Positions 56,648-64,000 of a DNA stretch of 64,000 nt are shown here, piece after piece. The notes beneath the pieces were generated by a model. The model was not told where the DNA came from. It ran no database searches and was given only the letters and a program-made list of their open reading frames with translations. The stretch comes from an uncultured Actinomycetes bacterium (GTDB lineage: Bacteria; Actinomycetota; Thermoleophilia; Gaiellales; Gaiellaceae). The stretch's first letter is position 1. Each line of letters begins with the position of its first letter. The stretch covers positions 16,885 through 80,884 of the forward strand of contig CAVRIT010000002.1 in NCBI GenBank assembly GCA_963721345.1, written 5' to 3'. The position numbers and the translations under genes are program-made.

Positions 56648-57474
56648 CGGGAGGTCGGACTCCGAGCTTGGCGAGCATCGGGTCGCGCGCGTTCCAGAGC
56701 TCGAGATCCTCGGTGAGCGAAACCCAGCGGCAGACGTGGACCATGCCCGAGTCGACGCCGTCGCCGTGCACCACGTGGCGCCAGCTCGCCGGCGTGTCCT
56801 CCTCGGCGACGAGGTGGAACGCGTGGTTTCTCGAGTAGGACTCGTACGTGCACTCGAAGTCCGGGAGCTCCTTCACGATCCGCGCGCCGGTGAAGCCGGT
56901 TTCCTCGGCCAGCTCCCGGAAGAGCCCCTCCTCCAGCGTCTCGCCGTGGTCGAGCCGACCCGCCGGAACTTCGACCCCAGCCTCGGGGAAGCCTTCGGGC
57001 GCAATCGTGAGGAGCTCCGTCCTCCCGTTGCACTCTCGCGTGACATAGGCGACGGCGCGCTGCCGGACGAGCGCCGCCGACGAGTGCGCCGCGCTCGCCC
57101 CAGACCCGCAGATCCGGCTGAATCCGGACCCACCGGCAGCGGACGAGCGCCTCGGATTCGATCCCCGGCCCTGGAGGGTTTCGGTGCTCCCACGAGTCGG
57201 GTGCCGGCTCCATGGGCACGGCGTGGACGAACTGCATCCGGTGGCGGCCCTCATGACGGCCGAGCTCGCGGACGATCCGCACGTCGAGCCCCGTCTCCTC
57301 GCGGGTCTCGCGACGCGCCGCCACCTCGACGGCTTCGCCGTCGTCGATGCCTCCACCCGGCACGACCGCGCTGTACTCGGGCTGTCCGACGACGTCGAAG
57401 ACGAGCAGCTCGTCGACGCCGGTCCGCGGGTGCTCGCGCGTGATGTAGACGACGACGCTCTCGCGGGGGCTCAA
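56637..57474 (-). pseudogene. Tandem double-Nudix hydrolase, the two halves joined only if one base is removed near 57070-57085
   Basis: Nudix box 1 is GGGIDDGEAVEVAARRETREETGL; box 2 (in the +1 frame) is GRLDHGETLEEGLFRELAEETGF. The second half has no start codon of its own within about 90 codons. Length is 838 nt (3n+1). Confidence 0.7.
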
Positions 57475-58037
57475 GCCTTGGCGGCTCGGAGCTTCGCCTT
57501 GTACTCGCGCTTCAACGCCTGGTACTGGTCTAGCGCCTCGCGGGAGTCGACGTCGCCCAGCGTGGGGTGCGACGGGACAAGGCCCTCGGCCGCAGCCACG
57601 CCGAAGCGCTTCGCCAGCACCGAGCCCAGCGCCTTGATCTTCATCTCGCCGAAGCCCGGGAGGTCGGCGATGCGCTGCCGCAACTCCGTCGAGTCGCCGG
57701 CCTCGCTCCAGAGCCGGGCGGCGTCGCCGCCGTACTCCGCCTCGACGTGGGCCGCGAGGTCGCGAACCCGCGTCGCCATCGCGCCGGGGAAGCGATGCAC
57801 TGCCGGCTTCTCGCGGAACGCCGCCTCCAGCCGGTCCGAATCCATCGACGCGAGTTCGCCGGCGTCCAGCGTTCCCAGCCGCTCGTTCAGCTTCCAGGGC
57901 CCGAGGAACGCAGTCGGAACCGTCACCTGCTGGTCCAGCGCGAACCCGATCAGCAGCGCCATCGGCTCGCGCGCGAGCAGCTCGTTCGCCTCGTCGCTGT
58001 CCGTGTAGTGAAGCCGGTCTGGAGCTGCGACGGCCAT
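57471..58037 (-). CDS. HhH-GPD-type base-excision DNA repair protein (actinobacterial short form)
   Basis: EPMALLIGFALDQQVTVPTAF ... ADLPGFGEMKIKALGSVLAKRFG. The stop overlaps the Nudix TTG (TTGA). Confidence 0.75.
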   Translation of the reverse strand: MAVAAPDRLHYTDSDEANELLAREPMALLIGFALDQQVTVPTAFLGPWKLNERLGTLDAGELASMDSDRLEAAFREKPAVHRFPGAMATRVRDLAAHVEAEYGGDAARLWSEAGDSTELRQRIADLPGFGEMKIKALGSVLAKRFGVAAAEGLVPSHPTLGDVDSREALDQYQALKREYKAKLRAAKA

Positions 58038-58165
58038 GGCTTCAGCCTACTCCTCGAGCGCAGCGTGAGCAGAGCGATGCTAATGCCGCGCAAGAAATGC
58101 GCCGATCTCGGGTCTACCCTGATGACTGCGGCACAACGCGATCAAAAACGGAGGTTTCCGAGGAC

Positions 58166-58633
58166 ATGAGTAGACGAACGAGCCGGGGATTGGTGCTCGT
58201 ACTTGCCGCCGTGGCGATTGCGACCTTCGTCGCGACCGCCGTCGCGTCGGTGGGCGGTGCTCAGCGGGCCAGCGCACCCGCGTCGGCCTCGCAGTACGAG
58301 AAGAAGGTCACGATTTGCCACCGGACGGGGTCGAAGAAGAATCCGTTCAGGACGATCCGCGTTTCGCGGAACGCCGTCAAGGCGCACCTCAAGCACGGCG
58401 ACGCCGTCGGCCCCTGCGCAACGGCCGTCTTCACGATGTGCAAGAAGACGGGTCACGGACAGCGGGCGACCGTCAAGGTGAAGGGTTCGAAGAAAGCCTC
58501 CCGTCTCATGCGCAAGGGAGCGAAGCTCGGGAAGTGCAAGGCGAAGGGCAAGGACAAGGGCAAGGAAAAGGACAAGGGCAAGGACAAAGAGAAGCCCGAG
58601 GGCAAGAAGCCGCCCAAGCCCAAGAAGAAGTAG
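58166..58633 (+). CDS. Secreted Lys-rich hypothetical protein with ICH...HGD motif
   Basis: GAGGA RBS and a signal/TM segment LVLVLAAVAIATFVATAVA. Motif VTICHRTGSKKNPFRTIRVSRNAVKAHLKHGD, then the tail KGKDKGKEKDKGKDKEKPEGKKPPKPKKK. Confidence 0.65.
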   Translation: MSRRTSRGLVLVLAAVAIATFVATAVASVGGAQRASAPASASQYEKKVTICHRTGSKKNPFRTIRVSRNAVKAHLKHGDAVGPCATAVFTMCKKTGHGQRATVKVKGSKKASRLMRKGAKLGKCKAKGKDKGKEKDKGKDKEKPEGKKPPKPKKK

Positions 58634-58636
58634 GCC

Positions 58637-59398
58637 TCAGGCCACAGAACCGACGGAGCACCAGGCGCGTGCCGAGAGGGTGAACGCCCCCTCGGGGCTT
58701 CCCAATCGGCGCGCGTACTCCGTTCGCAGCGCCTCTTGCGCGTCCGGCTCGAGCCCCGCCGTGTAGGCGCCGGCTGGGCCCACGCCGGTCGGGAACGGCG
58801 CCCAGAGATCGTCGAAGTCGTCGTACGAGGCCTCGGCGACGATCGGCGAGACCTCGACGTCCTCCAACGCGGTCTTCCACAGCGCGCCGAGCTCGGCCGG
58901 CGTCGCGTACCGCATCATGGCCTCGTCGGCCGCATTCGGATCGAGGGCCTTCGCGGAATCCCAGAAGGCGCGCAACATCGTCATCTCGCCGCCGTAGTCC
59001 CAGACGCAGCCCGCGACGACGCCGCCGGTCCGCGTCACTCGCGCCATCTCGGCGAGCCCGCGCTCGGCGTCGTCGAGAAAGTTGACAACGAGTTGCGAGA
59101 GCGTCGCGTCGAACTCGCGGTCGGAGAACGGAAGCGCCTCGGCGGAGCCGACCACGACCCGTGCGCCGGGAACCCGCGCCTGCGCCGCCGCTGCGAAGGG
59201 CTCCGAGGGGTCGAGCCCGACGACATTCTCCGGCCCGAGGAGCTCGGCGAGCCGTTCGACGAGCGCGCCGGAGCCGCAGCCGACGTCCAGCGCGCGCTGC
59301 CCCGGCACCACTCCGGCAGCGGCGCACATCGCCTTCGCCAGCTGCGGGCTGTAGCGACCGACGAAGCGGTCGTAGACCTCCGCTGCACCACCGAACAT
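58637..59398 (-). CDS. Class I SAM-dependent methyltransferase
   Basis: ALDVGCGSGALVERL ... VVGLDPSEPF ... FDATLSQLVVNFLDD. Confidence 0.85.
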   Translation of the reverse strand: MFGGAAEVYDRFVGRYSPQLAKAMCAAAGVVPGQRALDVGCGSGALVERLAELLGPENVVGLDPSEPFAAAAQARVPGARVVVGSAEALPFSDREFDATLSQLVVNFLDDAERGLAEMARVTRTGGVVAGCVWDYGGEMTMLRAFWDSAKALDPNAADEAMMRYATPAELGALWKTALEDVEVSPIVAEASYDDFDDLWAPFPTGVGPAGAYTAGLEPDAQEALRTEYARRLGSPEGAFTLSARAWCSVGSVA

Positions 59399-59416
59399 CG
59401 TGGCTAGCCTAGAGCC

Positions 59417-62400
59417 ATGGCAGCGCTCGACGTCTTCAGCCCCGAGACGCGCGCCTGGTTCGAGCAGACCTTCGACGCGCCGACCCCCGCCCAGGAGCTC
59501 GGCTGGCCGAAGATCGCGTCCGGCGCGCACACCCTGATCCAGGCGCCGACAGGCTCCGGGAAGACGCTCGCCGCCTTCCTGTACGGGCTCGACCGGCTGA
59601 TCCAGAAGCCGGGGGAGGGCACGCGCCTCGTCTACGTCTCGCCGCTCAAGGCGCTGAACTACGACATCGAGCGCAACCTTCGCGGCCCGCTGGCCGGCCT
59701 CCAGGCCGACGTCAAGGTCGCGGTGCGGACCGGCGACACGCCGCAGAAGGAGCGAGCGGCGATGCTGAAGAACCCGCCCGACCTCCTGATCACGACGCCC
59801 GAGTCGCTCTTCCTGATGGTCACGTCACGGGCGCGCGAGACGCTGACGGGCGTCCAGACGCTGATTCTCGACGAGGTGCATGCCGTGGCCGGGACGAAGC
59901 GCGGCGCTCACCTCGCGCTCACCGTCGAGCGGCTCGAGCGTCTGACCGGCGAGCCGTTCCAGCGGATCGCGCTGTCCGCGACGCAGCGCCCGCTCGAGGA
60001 GATCGGGCGGTTCGTCTCCGGCGGCCGGCCGATCGAGCTCGTCGACGCCGGCCGCTCGAAGGAGCTCGACCTGAAGGTCGTCGTGCCGCTCGAGGACATG
60101 CGCGAGCCGGGCGTGAACGCGGAGATCACGGACATCCTCGGGACCGGGGGTGAGGCGCCGTCCCAGTCGATCTGGCCGTCGATCTACCCGAAGATCCTCG
60201 AGCTGGTCGAGGAGCACCGCTCGACGATCGTCTTCGTCAACAACCGCCGTCTCGCCGAGCGCCTCGCGCTACGCCTGAACGAGCTGGCCGAGAAAGAGAT
60301 CGCGCGAGCCCACCACGGCTCGCTCGCGCGCGAGCAGCGGCTCGAGGTCGAGGAGCTGCTGAAGCTCGGCCAGATCCCCTGTCTCGTCGCGACCTCGTCG
60401 CTCGAGCTCGGCATCGACATGGGCGCCGTCGACCTCGTGATCCAGGTCGAGTCGCCGAAGTCCGTCGCCCGCGGGCTGCAGCGGGTGGGCCGCGCCGGCC
60501 ACGATCTCGCCTCGGTCTCCAAGGGCCGCGTCTTCCCGAAGTTCCGCGCCGACCTGCTCGAGGCGGCGGTCGTCGTGAAGAAGATGAAGGAGGGCGCGAT
60601 CGAGGAGACGCAGATCCCGCGCAACCCGCTCGACGTCCTCGCGCAGCAGATCGTCGCGATCTCGTCGCAGGAGGAGATCTCCGTGGAGGAGCTTCACGGG
60701 CTCGTGCGGCGCGCCTACCCGTTCTCCGACCTCTCGCGGGTCCAGCTCGAGAACGTCCTCGACATGCTCGCCGGCCGCTACCCGTCGGACGAGTTCGCCG
60801 AGCTGCGCCCGCGCATCGTCTGGGACCGGACGGCAGGCGTCATCCGCGGCCGCAGCGGGGCGGCGCGGCTGGCGGTGACGAATGCCGGGACGATCCCCGA
60901 CCGCGGCCTCTTCGGCGTCCATCTCGTGAACGGCGGCGGACGGGTGGGCGAGCTCGACGAGGAGATGGTCTACGAGGCGCGGGCCGGCCAGACGTTCATG
61001 CTCGGCGCCTCCACCTGGCGGATCGAGGAGATCACCCGCGACCGCGTGATCGTCTCGCCGGCGCCCGGTGTGCCCGGCGCGATCCCGTTCTGGAAGGGCG
61101 AGGGGCCGGGCCGGCCGTACGAGCTCGGCGAGGCGATCGGCAAAGCCTCGCGCGAGCTCGCGGCGCTGCCCGACGACAAGGCGTTCGAGCGGCTGACTTC
61201 GGACTACTCGCTCGACGACCTCGCGGCGCGGAACCTCCTGACCTTCCTCCGGGAGCAGGAGGCGGCGACCGGCGCCGTGCCGTCGGACCGCACCGTCGTC
61301 GTCGAGCGCTTCCGCGACGAGATCGGCGACTGGCGCGTCTGTGTGCTGACGCCATTTGGCGCGCGGGTGCACGCGCCCTGGGCGTTGGCCGTGTCGTCGC
61401 GTCTCCAGGAGTCGCTGGGGGTGGACGCTCACGTCCTCTGGTCGGACGACGGCATCGCGCTGCACTTCCCCGACTCGGATGCGCCGCCGCCGACCGAGCA
61501 GCTGATCCTCGATCCGGAGGAGCTCGACGAGCTCGTCATGGGCGAGCTCTCCGGGACGGCACTCTTCGGCTCGCGGTTCCGTGAGAACGCCGCTCGCGCG
61601 CTGCTGATCCCGCGACGCCGCCCGGGCGAGCGGACGCCGCTCTGGCAGCAGCGGTTGAAGGCGCAGAGCCTGCTGCAGGTCGCGCGGAAGTACGGGTCGT
61701 TCCCGGTGGTGCTCGAGACCTTCCGCGAGTGCCTCCAGGACGTGTTCGACCTGCCGGCGCTGAAGCGGCTCCTGCAGGGGTTGAAGACGCGGCAGATCGA
61801 CCTGGTGGACGTCGAGTCGTCGTCGGCCTCGCCCTATTCGGCCTCGCTCCTCTTCGACTACATCGCGACGTACATGTACGAGGACGACACGCCTCCCGCC
61901 GAGCGGCGGGCGCAGGCGCTGTCGCTCGACAAGGACCTGCTTCGCGAGCTGCTCGGACAGGAAGAGCTTCGCGATCTGCTCGACCCGGGGGCGCTCGACC
62001 AGGTCGAGGAGAGCCTCGCGGGCTCGCCGAAGGACGCCGACCAGCTCCACGACCTCCTGCTGCTGCGGGGCGACCTGCGGGTCGGCGAGTTCGACGAAGC
62101 GTTCGCCGCCGTGCTCGAGACGGAGCGCCGCGCCCTCCGCGTGCGGATCGTGGGGGAGGAGCGGCTGATCGCCGCGGAGGACGCGGGCCGCTACCGCGAC
62201 GCGCTCGGTGTGATGCCGCCCAGCGGTCTTCCACAGGCGTTCCTTACGGGACCAGGTCCAGAGGAAGCTCTGCGACAACTCGTCCACAGATGGGCGCGCG
62301 GCCGCGGGCCGTTCATCACGCGCGACGCGAACGAGCGGTTCGGCCGGGACGTCGAGCCGATCCTCGCCGCCCTCGAGGGCGACGAGAAGCTCGTCCGGGG

Positions 62401-63685
62401 TGAGCTGAGGCCCGGCGGGACGGAGCGCGAATGGTGCGACCCGGACGTGCTCCGGCGGATCCGCCGCGCGTCGCTCGCCGCGCTTCGGCGGGAGGTCGAG
62501 CCCGTCGAGCAGGTCGCCTTCGCGCGGTTCCTCCCCGGCTGGCACGGGATCGACCGTCGCGCCACCCTGCGCGAGGCGCTCGTTCCGCTGCAGGGTCTTG
62601 CCTTGCCGGTGTCGCTCTGGGAGTCCGAGGTGCTGCCGCGCCGCGTGCCGAACTACGCGCCGGCGCAGCTCGACCAGCTGTGCGCCTCGGGTGAGCTCGT
62701 GTGGGTCGGAGCCGGGCTCGATCGCGTCGCCGTCTTCTTCCGCGAGGACGCGTCGGTGCTCGGGCGGCCGGAGGGCGCCGACCGGCCCGAGGGTGAGATC
62801 CACGACCGGCTCCGGGAGACGCTTGGTCGGAGCGCGCAGTTCTGGTTCGACCTCGTCGACGAGGTCGGGATCGAGTCGGCGGAGCTTCTCCCCGCGCTGT
62901 GGGACCTGGTTTGGGCCGGCGAGGTGACGAACGACGCCTGGACGCCGCTGAGGGCAGGCCGGCGCTACGGAACCCCCCGTCCCGAACGGAGGCCGAGGCG
63001 CTTCTCCCGCCGGCGCGCGACGGCGATCACGGCGACACAGGGACGCTGGTCGCTCACCGACCGGCTCTTCGACGGGGCGCCGGACCGGCGAGCCCTGGGG
63101 GAGCTGCTGCTCGAGCGGCAGGGCATCGTCACGCGCGACGGCGTTCGTGCGGAAGGCATCTCCGGTGGCTACAGCGCCGTCTACGGCGAGCTGAAGGCGC
63201 TCGAGACGCTCGGCCTGTCACGCCGCGGCTACTTCGTCGAGGGGCTCGGCGGCGCGCAGTTCGCGCTCGGCGGCGCGGTGGAGAGGCTTCGGGAGCTGCG
63301 CCCGAAGGAGGGCGAGCCGGCCGAGACCTTGGTGCTGGCGGCTGCGGACCCCGCCCAGCCCTACGGCGCCGCGTTGCCCTGGCCCAAGCGAGCCGGGGCC
63401 CGCGCAGCGCGTGTGGCCGGCGCGTATGTCGTCCTGCTCGGCGGCGAGCCGGCGCTGTTCGTCGAGCGCGGCGGGAAGACGCTCGTCCCCCTCCGCGATC
63501 CCGATCCCGAATGGCTGAGGCCGGCGCTCGCCGCGCTCGTCGCCCACGTGAAGACCCACAGGGGGATCAAGCGCCTCGCGGTCGAGCGCTTCGACGGCGA
63601 GCCGGTTGGCGAGACGGAGATCATGCCGCTGCTCGTAGAGGCAGGATTCATCGCCGGACCCCGGCGGGCAGTACTCCGTCCCTAG
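59417..63685 (+). CDS. lhr: Lhr-family ATP-dependent DNA helicase (1422 aa)
   Basis: IQAPTGSGKTLAAFL, ILDEVHAV, SATQ, HHGSLAREQR, TSSLELGIDMG, QRVGRAGH, plus the long Lhr C-terminal extension. Confidence 0.93.
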   Translation: MAALDVFSPETRAWFEQTFDAPTPAQELGWPKIASGAHTLIQAPTGSGKTLAAFLYGLDRLIQKPGEGTRLVYVSPLKALNYDIERNLRGPLAGLQADVKVAVRTGDTPQKERAAMLKNPPDLLITTPESLFLMVTSRARETLTGVQTLILDEVHAVAGTKRGAHLALTVERLERLTGEPFQRIALSATQRPLEEIGRFVSGGRPIELVDAGRSKELDLKVVVPLEDMREPGVNAEITDILGTGGEAPSQSIWPSIYPKILELVEEHRSTIVFVNNRRLAERLALRLNELAEKEIARAHHGSLAREQRLEVEELLKLGQIPCLVATSSLELGIDMGAVDLVIQVESPKSVARGLQRVGRAGHDLASVSKGRVFPKFRADLLEAAVVVKKMKEGAIEETQIPRNPLDVLAQQIVAISSQEEISVEELHGLVRRAYPFSDLSRVQLENVLDMLAGRYPSDEFAELRPRIVWDRTAGVIRGRSGAARLAVTNAGTIPDRGLFGVHLVNGGGRVGELDEEMVYEARAGQTFMLGASTWRIEEITRDRVIVSPAPGVPGAIPFWKGEGPGRPYELGEAIGKASRELAALPDDKAFERLTSDYSLDDLAARNLLTFLREQEAATGAVPSDRTVVVERFRDEIGDWRVCVLTPFGARVHAPWALAVSSRLQESLGVDAHVLWSDDGIALHFPDSDAPPPTEQLILDPEELDELVMGELSGTALFGSRFRENAARALLIPRRRPGERTPLWQQRLKAQSLLQVARKYGSFPVVLETFRECLQDVFDLPALKRLLQGLKTRQIDLVDVESSSASPYSASLLFDYIATYMYEDDTPPAERRAQALSLDKDLLRELLGQEELRDLLDPGALDQVEESLAGSPKDADQLHDLLLLRGDLRVGEFDEAFAAVLETERRALRVRIVGEERLIAAEDAGRYRDALGVMPPSGLPQAFLTGPGPEEALRQLVHRWARGRGPFITRDANERFGRDVEPILAALEGDEKLVRGELRPGGTEREWCDPDVLRRIRRASLAALRREVEPVEQVAFARFLPGWHGIDRRATLREALVPLQGLALPVSLWESEVLPRRVPNYAPAQLDQLCASGELVWVGAGLDRVAVFFREDASVLGRPEGADRPEGEIHDRLRETLGRSAQFWFDLVDEVGIESAELLPALWDLVWAGEVTNDAWTPLRAGRRYGTPRPERRPRRFSRRRATAITATQGRWSLTDRLFDGAPDRRALGELLLERQGIVTRDGVRAEGISGGYSAVYGELKALETLGLSRRGYFVEGLGGAQFALGGAVERLRELRPKEGEPAETLVLAAADPAQPYGAALPWPKRAGARAARVAGAYVVLLGGEPALFVERGGKTLVPLRDPDPEWLRPALAALVAHVKTHRGIKRLAVERFDGEPVGETEIMPLLVEAGFIAGPRRAVLRP

Positions 63686-63711
63686 CGCGGCTCGCGGCGA
63701 ATCCCGCTGCC

Positions 63712-64000
63712 TTAGGCGGGGCGCGAGAGACGCCCTAGCAGGACGCCGAAGAGCGCGTGCCGCAGCGTTGCCTGCGCGAAGGCGCGGCCGTTCGTGAGGA
63801 GCGGCGGGATGCCGGGCTCGCCGCGCGCGGGGTGGAAGCGGTCGACGAAGTACGAGAGTGGATAGAGCGCAACGTGCTCTCCGAGGGCCATCGCGAGCGC
63901 GAGTCGCCGGTCGTCTACGGGGAGACGGCGGCGAGCCTTGTCGTAGACGAGCCCGAAGGCGGCGCCGTTCGCGACGTGCATGGCGAGGCCCAGCGCGCGC
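63712..64000 (-). CDS. Hypothetical membrane protein, 5' end probably outside window
   Basis: The frame stays open to the window edge (…RALGLAMHVANGAAFGLVY…). Hydrophobic N-part. Confidence 0.4.
   Translation of the reverse strand, partial: RALGLAMHVANGAAFGLVYDKARRRLPVDDRRLALAMALGEHVALYPLSYFVDRFHPARGEPGIPPLLTNGRAFAQATLRHALFGVLLGRLSRPA

Noticed and set aside
14979-57474. Programmed +1 ribosomal frameshifting as the explanation for the split genes.
   Set aside because: The sites share no common slippery or stall motif, occur in unrelated housekeeping genes, and no such recoding is known for these families. Insertion-type sequence error or simple mutation is far more parsimonious.

Overview
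64-kb, roughly 70% G+C, gene-dense chromosomal core segment (about 75 CDS) from a high-GC Gram-positive, Actinomycetota-like organism. Finer lineage cannot be proven from the sequence alone. I saw no rRNA, tRNA, CRISPR array, transposase, integrase or prophage block. Left to right: dnaE 3' part, a nuclease lipoprotein, an ECF sigma/anti-sigma pair, lgt-scpA-scpB and rluB. A complete minus-strand trp operon follows (trpL leader/attenuator, trpE-G-D-CF-B-GNAT-A-trpS) with a chorismate mutase gene upstream. Divergent from it is a chain of eight translationally coupled genes (DAHP synthase, tyrA, aroA, cmk, plsC, der, gpsA, DUF3352-like lipoprotein), then metK. Next come a DtxR-family regulator with an Fe(III)-type ABC importer, then priA, def-fmt-rsmB-rpe fused to the riboflavin operon (ribD, ribE, ribBA, ribH), and rpmB. 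After that: a receiver-only response regulator, two tandem cupredoxins, a rhodanese-ThiF E1-like/JAMM/flavoprotein operon, the primary sigma factor and assorted hydrolases and oxidoreductases. The right end is a DNA-repair-flavoured stretch (stand-alone LigD polymerase domain, HhH-GPD protein, tandem Nudix, Lhr helicase). Points worth a second look: (1) an unannotated 20-codon leader peptide with three Trp codons plus a terminator/antiterminator upstream of trpE; (2) unusual trp operon architecture, with a GNAT between trpB and trpA and trpS as the last cistron; (3) five clearly split genes, plus a sixth ambiguous trpE/trpG junction, each restored by deleting exactly one base, which suggests insertion-type assembly errors rather than biology; (4) a pair of about 68-nt structured repeats between metK and the DtxR gene; (5) a repeated TGTAAGG-N4-CCTTACA palindrome in front of the iron-transporter genes; (6) an E1-like protein with reversed domain order, coupled to a JAMM peptidase and an amine-oxidase-like flavoprotein with no sulfur-carrier/Ubl gene nearby; (7) a possible 67-aa acidic repeat extension on lumazine synthase. 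I found no clear-cut novel multi-gene system such as a defence island. The E1/JAMM/flavoprotein cluster is the best candidate for undescribed biology.
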